Assembly (NCBI GenBank): GCA_015228995.1
Contig: JADGCM010000001.1
Location: 1 to 46,469 of the forward strand
Source: Magnetococcales bacterium
Lineage (GTDB): Bacteria; Pseudomonadota; Magnetococcia; Magnetococcales; JADGCH01
Length of the DNA: 46,469 nucleotides
Reading direction: 5' to 3'
The notes under the pieces were generated by a model. It saw only the letters and a program-made list of their open reading frames with translations. It was not told the DNA's origin and did not search any database. Of this stretch, positions 9,519 to 18,407 are shown one piece after another (the stretch's first letter is position 1; the number at the start of each line of letters is the position of its first letter). Made by a program: the position numbers and the translations under genes.

Positions 9519-11786
9519 AGCAATCATGTTGACGATACGCCGCACCGTGGCAGTAGGCGTCAGGACATGTACCGGTCTGGCGGCACCCAGTAGGATTGGA
9601 CCAACGGTCAGATTATCGCCCGCAGCGATTTTAAGCAGGTTAAAGGCAATATTGGCCGCATCCAGGTTGGGCATGACCAGCAGATTGGCGCTGTTTTTTA
9701 GGCGAGATTCAGGCATGACACGGTGACGAATCTGTTCGTCCAACGCTGCATCGCCGTGCATTTCGCCATCTACCTCTAGTTGGGGAGCCCGTTCATTGAG
9801 TAGTCGTAACACTTCACGCATTTTGATGGAGGAGGGGCTCTCTTCGCTGCCAAACGAAGAGTGTGACAACAAGGCCACCCGCGGTGTGATACCGAAGCGA
9901 CGGATGACTCCACAAGCAAGCAAGGTGGTTTCGGCAAGCTGTTCGGCGCTCGGGTTGTAGGTCACATAAGTATCGGTGAGGAACAGCGTCCGTCCCGGCA
10001 GCATCAGCAGGTTCATGGCCGCATAATGGTTGACGTTAGCGGCGTAACCAATCACGTCAGCGACGTAATTACGGTGTAAGGTGTGGTGGTCGAGTGTGCC
10101 ACACACCAAGCCATCGGCATCTCCCAGACGCACCGCCATGGCCCCGATCAGCGTATTGTGGCGAAGCATTTCGCGCCTAGCATAATCGCTCGATACCCCT
10201 TTGCGTGCCATCAGATGGTAATACTCCCGCCAGTAACGATCAAAGCGGGGGTGGTGGTCCGGGTCAATGACTTCAAAGTCGACCCCTATTTCTAGCCGCA
10301 GGCCAGCTTGTTCGATCCGTTCGACAATGATGGCGGGGTGGCCAATCAAGATCGGTTGTGCCATCCTTTCATCGACGATCACCTGCACGGCTCGTAACAG
10401 CCGCTCATCTTCCCCTTCAGCCAGTACAATGCGCTTCGGCGCCCGTTTGGCTTGAGTGAAAATCGGCTTCATGATGATGCCGGAGTGATAAACAAACTCG
10501 TTTAGATGGTCGATATAGCGTTCAAAGTTGGCCAGCGGTCGAGTAGCCACCCCTGACTCCATGGCAGCACGTGCCACTGCGGGAGCAATTTTGACAATCA
10601 GACGCGGGTCAAACGGCCTTGGGATCAGGTATTCTGGACCGAAGCCGGTCAATGGTTCGCCGTAGACCTCTTGCACCACATCGGACATTTCGGCTTGGGC
10701 CAGCTCCACCAATGCTTGCACCGCCGCTAAATTCATGGCATCGGTGATGGTGGTGGCACCGACATCCAGGGCGCCGCGAAAGATAAAAGGGAAACAGAGC
10801 ACATTATTGACTTGATTGGGATAATCAGAGCGTCCCGTGGCGATCATGGCGTCAGAACGGACCGATTGTACCAGCTCAGGCATAATTTCCGGTGTCGGAT
10901 TGGCCAAAGCTAGCACCAGTGGTCGTGGTGCCATACTCGCCACCATAGCGCTGGTGACCACGCCACCAGCCGACAGGCCAAGGAACACATCGGCATCAAC
11001 CATGACCTCCGCCAAGGTACGGGCAGCGGTGGTTTGAGCATAACGAGATTTAATTTCATCCATGCCAACAGGGCGGCCAACGTAGACGACACCATCAATA
11101 TCAGTAACCCAGATCTGCGCCGGGGTTAGACCTACTTTGACCAATAAATCCAGGCAGGCCAACGCCGCCGCTCCAGCACCAGAGGTGACCAGTTTGATCT
11201 GTTGCAACGACTTACCAGCCAACTTGAGGCCATTGATAATGGCCGCCGCGACCACGATGGCCGTACCATGTTGATCATCATGAAAAACCGGTATCTTGAG
11301 CCGTTCACGCAACTTACGCTCGATATAGAAGCACTCTGGAGCCTTGATATCTTCCAGGTTGATACCGCCAAAGGTTGGTTCAAGAGCAGCAATGATGTCG
11401 ATCAGCCGGTCTGGATCGGTTTCAGCGATTTCAATATCGAAAACGTCAATGCCGGCAAAACGCTTAAACAGCACCGCTTTGCCCTCCATGACTGGCTTGG
11501 CTGCTAACGGTCCGATGGCTCCCAACCCGAGCACAGCACTACCGTTGGTGACCACACCAACCAAGTTAGCGCGTGCTGTTAGAGTGTTGACCTCAAGCGG
11601 ATCAACCACGATGGCTTCGCAGGCTGCTGCCACCCCTGGTGAGTAGGCCATCGATAGATCGTACTGATTGGTCAGCTGTTTGGTGGGCTGCACCGCGATC
11701 TTACCCGCCTTAGGTTGGCGGTGGTAATAAAGGGCGGCCTGACGCAGATCGACAGCGGGGCGAGATTTGGGGTCAGTGGCTACCAT
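9486..11786 (-). CDS. maeB: NADP-dependent malic enzyme (malic enzyme domain plus phosphotransacetylase-like C-terminal domain)
   Basis: 766 aa from the ATG at 11786 (MVATDPKS…). N-terminal malic-enzyme motifs ([32 protein letters not shown]) and a ~330-aa PTA-like C-terminal half. The 3' end overlaps the convergent rsmE by 33 nt. Confidence 0.92.
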   Translation of the reverse strand: MVATDPKSRPAVDLRQAALYYHRQPKAGKIAVQPTKQLTNQYDLSMAYSPGVAAACEAIVVDPLEVNTLTARANLVGVVTNGSAVLGLGAIGPLAAKPVMEGKAVLFKRFAGIDVFDIEIAETDPDRLIDIIAALEPTFGGINLEDIKAPECFYIERKLRERLKIPVFHDDQHGTAIVVAAAIINGLKLAGKSLQQIKLVTSGAGAAALACLDLLVKVGLTPAQIWVTDIDGVVYVGRPVGMDEIKSRYAQTTAARTLAEVMVDADVFLGLSAGGVVTSAMVASMAPRPLVLALANPTPEIMPELVQSVRSDAMIATGRSDYPNQVNNVLCFPFIFRGALDVGATTITDAMNLAAVQALVELAQAEMSDVVQEVYGEPLTGFGPEYLIPRPFDPRLIVKIAPAVARAAMESGVATRPLANFERYIDHLNEFVYHSGIIMKPIFTQAKRAPKRIVLAEGEDERLLRAVQVIVDERMAQPILIGHPAIIVERIEQAGLRLEIGVDFEVIDPDHHPRFDRYWREYYHLMARKGVSSDYARREMLRHNTLIGAMAVRLGDADGLVCGTLDHHTLHRNYVADVIGYAANVNHYAAMNLLMLPGRTLFLTDTYVTYNPSAEQLAETTLLACGVIRRFGITPRVALLSHSSFGSEESPSSIKMREVLRLLNERAPQLEVDGEMHGDAALDEQIRHRVMPESRLKNSANLLVMPNLDAANIAFNLLKIAAGDNLTVGPILLGAARPVHVLTPTATVRRIVNMIALTVVEAEWRY

Positions 11787-12199
11787 AGTTTGGGTCTCAG
11801 GCTGCCACCCTGGAGCGAAGCGTTCCAAGTGCCCCCAGAACCCTCAGCACTGTCACAGTACGACCACTGCCCCTTCAGACTGTAGTCGCTGTCGGTAGGT
11901 GCCCAGGTCACCCTGCCCCAATAGTGGGTACCCAATTTCTTATCGTTGCAACGCTGTTCAGAAGTGGGTTGCAGCCAAGTGAGGTACAAGGCACCACTGG
12001 GAGTCATGTTACCAGAAAGGGTTCCATTAAACTTGGGGTAACTACCAGCGACGCTTCCATCTGGACTCACGTCAAGATAAACGGGGCCGAAGTCGGAACT
12101 CCAGCTGCTGCGCCCCGGGGCGACGTCGTCCGCTATAGCTACCCATGTAGCGATACCAAGCGGAACGCTGACCCATGCGATTACGCTCCATTTCATCAT
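11780..12199 (-). CDS. Hypothetical secreted Trp/Gly/Ser-rich protein (139 aa)
   Basis: Signal peptide MMKWSVIAWVSVPLGIATWVAIA. No family recognised. The stop overlaps the maeB start by 7 nt. Preceded by the 42-nt promoter-like repeat. Confidence 0.6.
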   Translation of the reverse strand: MMKWSVIAWVSVPLGIATWVAIADDVAPGRSSWSSDFGPVYLDVSPDGSVAGSYPKFNGTLSGNMTPSGALYLTWLQPTSEQRCNDKKLGTHYWGRVTWAPTDSDYSLKGQWSYCDSAEGSGGTWNASLQGGSLRPKLW

Positions 12200-12270
12200 A
12201 GTTCATCCGTATAAATTATGGGACCAAATTTTAAGGCAACAAGCCCGTGTACAGCCCTATCAATGCCGCT

Positions 12271-12312
12271 ATCATGACAACAAATTACAACCGATGCAAC
12301 ACCTTATCAATA
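12271..12312 (-). promoter_or_regulatory. Copy A of a 42-nt repeated promoter-like element upstream of the secreted Trp-rich protein gene
   Basis: 39/42 identical to 26407-26448. On the minus strand it reads TTGATA (12310-12305), 17 nt, TAATTT (12287-12282), followed by GTTGTCATGAT. Confidence 0.5.
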
Positions 12313-12355
12313 CCAATTCTTAAGTCAACGTACCCTAGCGATTAACAATATAGGG

Positions 12356-13294
12356 CTATCGTCGAGAAAAATAGGTAGTGGCAATCTGCTGATGTAGCTG
12401 CCCTAAAGCGAGTTGCAGATCGTCCATGAATTTACTCAAACCGTGCTGCATGAGCAGTGATAAATCACTCTCTTCTATCATCTGTTTGAGCTGTTCTACA
12501 TGCTCAAGGGGGTGAGTGCTGTTTACCATTGTTGTGAGAGCCAAGGCAATTTCATGCATGCAGTAGTAAAAAGTACGCGGGAACAGACGATCACGCAGCA
12601 GAAACGACAGGACGTCAATGTCAGTAATGCGTGGGTTGATTTGGCGCCGATACATCTGTTCCCCAGAAACACAACGCAATAGGTTGAGCCACTGAATCTG
12701 GGCAAACGGAAACGGTCCATCCGAAGTATGGAGTGCCAGGTAGCTTGATCGAACATCAAGGATACGGGTAGTCATATCTGCCCTTTCCAAATGCTGACCA
12801 ATACGGAAGAAATCAAAGGCCGTTCCACGTGATAAGGTACCAGTTAATAGCCCAATCAGCTCCTGACATTTACGGATGACAACACGCAGAAAGCGGTCCC
12901 AGTGGCCAGTTTCAATACCATTGTCGGCGTATTCGCGTATGTACAGGTAGAGCTGGTTAAGGCTTTCCCAGAACTCACGAGGAAATATGTCGCGTATGGT
13001 GCGTAGGTTATTGCGCGCATAGGTAATGGAGCTGAGTAAGGATGAATGATTGTCAGGTTGGCTGATAAGGAACGCGAGCACAGACGATTCATTACTCTGC
13101 TGACATAGAGAGTGGAATAGCTCACTATTACCGGTAATGGTAACCAGCTGTTCCCAGCCAAAATGCGGATGGGCACGACAGATAGGTAGATCAAGAAGCA
13201 TCGTTTTGGTAACGCTAATCAATCGAGCACCATTCTCAACCCGTTCCAAGTTACGTCCCATCCAGTAAATATTTTCAGCAACGCGCGATAGCAT
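12356..13294 (-). CDS. Alpha-E domain protein (DUF403 family)
   Basis: N-terminal LSRVAENIYWMGRNLERVENGARL signature of the alpha-E superfamily. All-helical. Start lies 2 nt after the stop of the upstream ATP-grasp gene. Confidence 0.88.
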   Translation of the reverse strand: MLSRVAENIYWMGRNLERVENGARLISVTKTMLLDLPICRAHPHFGWEQLVTITGNSELFHSLCQQSNESSVLAFLISQPDNHSSLLSSITYARNNLRTIRDIFPREFWESLNQLYLYIREYADNGIETGHWDRFLRVVIRKCQELIGLLTGTLSRGTAFDFFRIGQHLERADMTTRILDVRSSYLALHTSDGPFPFAQIQWLNLLRCVSGEQMYRRQINPRITDIDVLSFLLRDRLFPRTFYYCMHEIALALTTMVNSTHPLEHVEQLKQMIEESDLSLLMQHGLSKFMDDLQLALGQLHQQIATTYFSRR

Positions 13295-13296
13295 GA

Positions 13297-14739
13297 CTAG
13301 TCCTCCACAATCCAGGTGTCTTTACTTCCTCCACCTTGAGATGAGTTGACCACAAGCGATCCTTTGCGTAGGGCTACCCGTGTCAACCCGCCTGCTGTGA
13401 CGTATGAATGGCGACCTTGAAGGATGAATGGACGTAGGTCAACATGGCGAGGTTGGACACCCTCATCGGTCAAAGTCGGTACCGTTGACAGCGCAATTGT
13501 TGGTTGGGCGATGTAGTTGCGAGGATTATTCCGGATGCACCAAGCCATTTTTTCACGTTCTTCTGTAGTTGCGTAGGGACCGATCATCATGCCGTAACCG
13601 CCCGATTCATTGGCTGGCTTGACGACCAGTTGGTCAAGATGTTCCAATACGTACTGCCGGTCGTTGGCGTCAAGACATTTCCAGGTTTGGACATTGGGCA
13701 ACATAATCTCTTCTCCGAGATAGTAGCGAATCACCTGTGGAATATAGGCATAGACTACTTTATCGTCCGCTATCCCGGCTCCTGGGGCATTGACCAATGC
13801 CACACGGTGGTTGCGCCAAGCCCGTATTAATCCTGGTACACCTAAACAAGAGTCGGAGTGAAATACCTCTGGATCTAGAAACAGGTCATCAACACGGCGG
13901 TAAATGACATCAACCCGTTTCGGGCCAGCAATGGTCTTCATATAGACACAGTCGTCATCGCCAACCATCAGGTCGCTGCCCTCGACCAGCTCAATGCCCA
14001 TGCGTTGGGCCAGATAGAGATGTTCAAAATAGGCAGAATTATAAATGCCAGGCGTCAACAACACCACTTGTGGGTGGTCATGAGGGCGTGGGGTGAGCGA
14101 CGCCAACATATCATATAGTTGCGAAGGATAGTCATCAACAGGAACGATGTTATGGGTATCAAATAGTTCTGGAAAAACTCTTTTGGTTACCAGGCGGTTT
14201 TCCAGCATATAGGAGACGCCAGATGGCACGCGCAAATTGTCTTCCAATACGTGCAATACCCCGTGCTGGTCCCGTATCAGATCACTACCGCAGATGTGAG
14301 CCCATACCCCCCAGGCCAATTTCATACCCACACATTGGGGACGAAAATTTTTCGAGTCAGCCAGTAGTTCAGCTGGAAAGACCTTGTCGCGGATGATGCG
14401 CTGTGATCCATACAAGTCACCAATGAACATGTTAATGGCTGTCATGCGTTGAATCAGACCTGCCTGAGTGTGTTGCCACTCCGATTTGGCTAACAGGCGC
14501 GGAATAATATCGAAAGGCCAAACACGGTCAATATTGTCACCATCGGAATAAACCGTAAAAGTAATTCCAAGATCGATAATGGTATTGTTGGCGTCCTGTT
14601 GGCGTTGTTGCAGTGACTGTTCACCCAACTCAGATAGATAATGATGCAAGGCTGACGTACTTGGACGTGCCAAGCAGTCCGAATTGATCATCTCATCGAA
14701 AGCTGTTGTACGCTGATAACGGGTCCAATCAATAGTCAT
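13297..14739 (-). CDS. Circularly permuted ATP-grasp type 2 protein (DUF404/DUF407 family amidoligase)
   Basis: 480 aa. Its sequence pattern parallels the N-terminal half of the 18408-20933 protein (e.g. VDVIYRRVDD / VDVVVRLIDD, ALVNAPGAGIADDK / AVVNPPGAAILENQ). Start chosen at the ATG at 14739 because GAGGAGGA lies 7 nt upstream; the alternative ATG at 14760 adds 7 aa. Confidence 0.88.
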   Translation of the reverse strand: MTIDWTRYQRTTAFDEMINSDCLARPSTSALHHYLSELGEQSLQQRQQDANNTIIDLGITFTVYSDGDNIDRVWPFDIIPRLLAKSEWQHTQAGLIQRMTAINMFIGDLYGSQRIIRDKVFPAELLADSKNFRPQCVGMKLAWGVWAHICGSDLIRDQHGVLHVLEDNLRVPSGVSYMLENRLVTKRVFPELFDTHNIVPVDDYPSQLYDMLASLTPRPHDHPQVVLLTPGIYNSAYFEHLYLAQRMGIELVEGSDLMVGDDDCVYMKTIAGPKRVDVIYRRVDDLFLDPEVFHSDSCLGVPGLIRAWRNHRVALVNAPGAGIADDKVVYAYIPQVIRYYLGEEIMLPNVQTWKCLDANDRQYVLEHLDQLVVKPANESGGYGMMIGPYATTEEREKMAWCIRNNPRNYIAQPTIALSTVPTLTDEGVQPRHVDLRPFILQGRHSYVTAGGLTRVALRKGSLVVNSSQGGGSKDTWIVED

Positions 14740-15053
14740 GGTACGATCCTCCTCATCCATGTCATTTACCGTCTACATATATGATGATAAAGCAATGATC
14801 GCGCCACTACGCTATTGCATTGTTGATAGAGATCTTTTGAGCTGCTTGTGACTGTAAAAATGGCCATTATGTATAAATAATAGGCACCTCGTTTATGACA
14901 ATGAACATAAAATAAGCACATCATCACTGTTAGAACGCGTAAAACAGCCTGTGGACTCTGCTTGCGTGGTTGGCGCGTCTTTTGTTGTAGTGTTTTTGGT
15001 AATGATCGTGCGATAGGCACATCTATTCCTAAAATCTGACCTTGGAGCCCCCC
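14740..15053. promoter_or_regulatory. Divergent A/T-rich control region between the two ATP-grasp/transglutaminase operons
   Basis: About 310 bp with no long ORF, visibly A/T-rich, flanked by outward-facing genes that each have strong SD sequences. Confidence 0.5.
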
Positions 15054-18000
15054 ATGACCATACGTGTTGCCATACGTCATCAGACCCATTATCAATATGA
15101 CCGGGCGACGCTGCTGTTGCCCCACGTCTTTCGGCTGCGTCCAGCGGCTCATTGCCGCACGCCGATTCGAAGCTACACGCTGCGAATCACGCCTGAAAAC
15201 CATTTCTTGAACTGGCAGCAAGATCCATTCGGTAACTTCCTGGCTCGCGTGGTTTTTCAAGACAGGACGCGCAGTATGCACATTGATGTTGAGGTGATCG
15301 CCGACATGACGGTGATTAATCCATTCGATTTCTTTGTCGAGGAGTCGGCCGAATTCTACCCCTTCTGCTACGACACTGGGGAAAAACAGTCGTTACAACC
15401 CTATTTGGAGATTGATGATACGGGTCCGTTAGTGCATCAGTGGTTGGCCGATGTGTCACGTCAGCGGCAAAAAACGGTGGGCTTTTTGGTAGCGCTGAAC
15501 CAGCATTTATGGCGATCAATCCGTTATACTATCCGTTTAGAACCTGGCGTGCAGTCCTGCGAAGAGACGCTCAACAAGCGGAGTGGTTCATGTCGTGATA
15601 CGGCTTGGTTACTGGTACAGATCATGCGCCATCTCGGCTTGGCGTCTCGGTTTGTTTCAGGTTATTTGGTGCAACTTAAGCCGGATATAGCCTCTCTCGA
15701 CGGACCATCAGGACCAGTAAGTGATTTTACCGATCTACATGCTTGGGCTGAGGTTTATGTGCCAGGTGCCGGTTGGATTGGGTTAGATCCAACCTCTGGT
15801 CTGTTTGCTGGTGAGGGACATATTCCTCTGGCTTGTACACCTCATTATCGTGACGCTGCTCCAATTATCGGTGATGTTGAAGCGTGTGAGAGCACCTTCT
15901 CTTTTGATAACCAAGTCGTGCGTATTCTAGAAACTCCACGCGTTACCAAACCATACAGAGATGAGCAATGGGCAGATATTCAGGCATTGGGTCGTCAGGT
16001 AGATGAGCAATTATTACAACAAGATGTACGTCTCACCATGGGTGGAGAGCCTACCTTTGTTGCTATTGATCACCCAGATGACCCAGAGTGGAACTTTACT
16101 GCCGACAGCCCCAAAAAACGGCAACTGGCTGGCGATTTATTGCGCAGGCTACAACGTTGTTTTGCCCCCGGTGGCTTACTTCACTATGGCCAAGGTAAAT
16201 GGTACCCAGGCGAGCCGTTACCACGTTGGCGTCTAAGTTGTTTTTGGCGTCGAGACGGCCAACCGCTCTGGCATGACCCGGCATTATTGGCTATTGAGGA
16301 CCAGTTATCCCAGTACGATATTGACCATGCTAGGTGTTTTATCGATAGGCTTGCTACAGCCTTAGGTATCGAGAACCAGCATGTTTTGACCAGCTACGAA
16401 GATCCTTTTTATCATGTTTGGCAAGAACAGCAATTGCCAGACAATATTGATCCCTTGGCGTTAGATCTGACCGATGCATCGGAGCGGCAGCGGCTGGCGC
16501 GCGTTTTGGAGCAAGGGCTTAATACGCCAGCTGGTTTTGTGTTGCCATTGCGATGGCATGAACGTCGTCGGTGTTGGTGCAGCAGCCGTTGGCCATTACG
16601 ACGAGGGCAGCTATTCCTATTGCCAGGCGATTCACCCATGGGATTGCGGTTGCCAATCGATTCGTTGCCTATCGAATCAGCAACGATTATTCACACAGCC
16701 CTTTGTGTTGAGCCTCGTCAGGGTCGGTTGCATTTATTCATGCCGCCAATAGAGCTGTTGGAACAGTGGTCGGCGCTGGTGGCCGTTATTGAGACAATAG
16801 CAGCTGAGCTACAACTGCCTGTTGTATTGGAAGGTTATGATCCGCCACAAGATGAACGGCTGCAACGTCTGTTAGTGACACCAGATCCAGGTGTCATTGA
16901 GGTCAATATCCATCCAGCTGCATCCTGGCAAGAGCTAGAAAATATCACCGTTCTGCTCTATCAAGAGGCACGGTTAGCTCGACTGGCCACTGAGAAATTC
17001 ATGCTTGATGGTCGCCACAGCGGTACCGGCGGAGGTAACCATGTCACCATCGGTGGCCCCACTCCAGTGGATAGCCCGATGCTACGTCGTCCTGACCTAT
17101 TACGCAGCCTCATCACTTACTGGCAGCACCATCCAGGACTTTCTTACCTCTTTTCTGGGCTGTTTATCGGCCCTACTAGCCAGGCTCCACGCATCGATGA
17201 AGCGCGCATGGAGGCGCTATACGAGTTGGAAATAGCTTTTCAACAAATGCCAACCGGTGAAGTGACAACACCTTGGCTGGTTGATCGGTTGTTGCGTCAC
17301 TTGTTAGTTGATTTGACTGGTAATACCCATCGTGCAGAGTTTTGTATCGATAAACTTTATTCTCCTGATGGTCCATCGGGTCGTTTAGGACTGGTGGAGT
17401 TGCGTGCTTTTGAAATGCCCCCTCATGCTCACATGAGTTTGGTGCAGATGTTGTTATTGCGTGGATTGATTGCTTGGTTTTGGCAACAACCCTACCATCA
17501 CCGATTGGTACGTTGGGGTACCGAGTTGCATGACCGGTTTATGCTGCCTTATTACGTGGTGCATGATGTACGTGCCGTATTCGCCGATCTGCGCCGTGCC
17601 GGATTCAATTTTCAGGACAGTTGGCTTGATCCATTTTTGGAATTTCGTTTTCCGCGTTACGGAGTGGTGCGTCTTGATGAAATCGAGTTGGAGTTGCGTA
17701 TGGCCATTGAGCCATGGCATGTGTTAGGGGAAGAGGTGACTCGTGCCGGTACCGCCCGTTTTGTTGATTCGTCTTTGGAGCGGGTACAGGTGCTCTGTTC
17801 TGGTTTGACGGAAGGGCGGTATGTGTTGGTCTGTAATGGCCGCCGTGTGCCCTTGCGTGACACATCGCGCCACGGCCAAGCGGTGACTGGGGTGCGTTAC
17901 CGGGCCTGGAAGCCAGCTTCGGCTCTTCACCCGACTATTGGGGTGCATACGCCACTGGTATTTGATGTAATCGACACATGGAACGGTCACTCTATCGGTG

Positions 18001-18275
18001 GATGCACCTATAATGTTTCTCATCCTGGTGGCCATAGTTATCAACAATTTCCTATCAATAGTTATGAGGCTGAGGCCCGTCGCACCAACCGGTTTCAGGA
18101 GTTTGGTCATACCCCTGGGGTTCTGATGCCTCTACCAGAGATCGTTCGTTTGGGTCGCTTCTACCCCAATGGCCAGCCACCACAGCCGATGGAACCGCCG
18201 CAGGAAGAGCCTTCAGAGGAATATCCACATACGCTTGATCTGCGATGTGCTAACCGTCATGGCTGGACCGACTGA
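15054..18275 (+). CDS. Large transglutaminase-family protein: Bact_transglu_N-like region, transglutaminase core, and DUF2126 (glutamine-synthetase-like putative amidoligase) region
   Basis: 1073 aa. N-terminal IRHQTHYQYDRA (typical Bact_transglu_N start). Cys-His-Asp core GSCRDTAWLL … DLHAWAEVYVPGAGWIGLDPTSG. Long C-terminal region of the kind found fused to this core (DUF2126). GGAG lies 8 nt before the ATG at 15054. Confidence 0.85.
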   Translation: MTIRVAIRHQTHYQYDRATLLLPHVFRLRPAAHCRTPIRSYTLRITPENHFLNWQQDPFGNFLARVVFQDRTRSMHIDVEVIADMTVINPFDFFVEESAEFYPFCYDTGEKQSLQPYLEIDDTGPLVHQWLADVSRQRQKTVGFLVALNQHLWRSIRYTIRLEPGVQSCEETLNKRSGSCRDTAWLLVQIMRHLGLASRFVSGYLVQLKPDIASLDGPSGPVSDFTDLHAWAEVYVPGAGWIGLDPTSGLFAGEGHIPLACTPHYRDAAPIIGDVEACESTFSFDNQVVRILETPRVTKPYRDEQWADIQALGRQVDEQLLQQDVRLTMGGEPTFVAIDHPDDPEWNFTADSPKKRQLAGDLLRRLQRCFAPGGLLHYGQGKWYPGEPLPRWRLSCFWRRDGQPLWHDPALLAIEDQLSQYDIDHARCFIDRLATALGIENQHVLTSYEDPFYHVWQEQQLPDNIDPLALDLTDASERQRLARVLEQGLNTPAGFVLPLRWHERRRCWCSSRWPLRRGQLFLLPGDSPMGLRLPIDSLPIESATIIHTALCVEPRQGRLHLFMPPIELLEQWSALVAVIETIAAELQLPVVLEGYDPPQDERLQRLLVTPDPGVIEVNIHPAASWQELENITVLLYQEARLARLATEKFMLDGRHSGTGGGNHVTIGGPTPVDSPMLRRPDLLRSLITYWQHHPGLSYLFSGLFIGPTSQAPRIDEARMEALYELEIAFQQMPTGEVTTPWLVDRLLRHLLVDLTGNTHRAEFCIDKLYSPDGPSGRLGLVELRAFEMPPHAHMSLVQMLLLRGLIAWFWQQPYHHRLVRWGTELHDRFMLPYYVVHDVRAVFADLRRAGFNFQDSWLDPFLEFRFPRYGVVRLDEIELELRMAIEPWHVLGEEVTRAGTARFVDSSLERVQVLCSGLTEGRYVLVCNGRRVPLRDTSRHGQAVTGVRYRAWKPASALHPTIGVHTPLVFDVIDTWNGHSIGGCTYNVSHPGGHSYQQFPINSYEAEARRTNRFQEFGHTPGVLMPLPEIVRLGRFYPNGQPPQPMEPPQEEPSEEYPHTLDLRCANRHGWTD

Positions 18276-18297
18276 CAAAGCCAAGCACATTGACCTT

Positions 18298-18407
18298 TCG
18301 ATATATTTTCGGTAACGTAGCACCGTCGATATCTGAGTAACTGGCGAAGATTCGATAATCAAGTTTTGGAATGGGAGTGCTGTTTTTCTTAAAAAGGATG
18401 TCGATAT
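18298..18407 (+). promoter_or_regulatory. Cluster of four TCGATA(T/A) motifs in the intergenic region before the fused ATP-grasp/alpha-E gene
   Basis: TCGATAT at 18298, 18326 and 18401, and TCGATAA at 18352. The last copy abuts the TTG start at 18408. Confidence 0.4.

Noticed and set aside
9463-11646. Plus-strand ORFs of 60-101 aa antisense to maeB (9463-9726, 10083-10295, 10267-10455, 10837-11037, 11202-11507, 11344-11646). Similar antisense ORFs occur in other large genes.
   Set aside because: They are typical shadow ORFs of G+C-rich coding regions. They have no motifs and are fully contained in genes with strong family signatures.
12274-12345. Micro-ORFs (23 and 17 codons) starting inside the two copies of the 42-nt repeat, considered as possible precursor peptides for the ATP-grasp system
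   Set aside because: Neither has a Shine-Dalgarno sequence. Two of the three substitutions in the shared part are non-synonymous, and the C-termini are unrelated. The promoter-like reading on the other strand fits better. It is kept only as an alternative in a finding.
14880-15020. Repeated 8-mer ATAGGCAC (14880-14887 and 15013-15020) in the divergent control region as a regulator site
   Set aside because: One repeated 8-mer pair in about 300 nt is roughly what chance predicts (expected pairs about 0.6).
14766-15281. 171-aa minus-strand ORF spanning the divergent intergenic region and the 5' end of the large transglutaminase gene
   Set aside because: It is antisense to a well-supported gene and runs through A/T-rich promoter DNA. 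It has no recognisable motifs or Shine-Dalgarno sequence, and its composition looks like a chance open frame.
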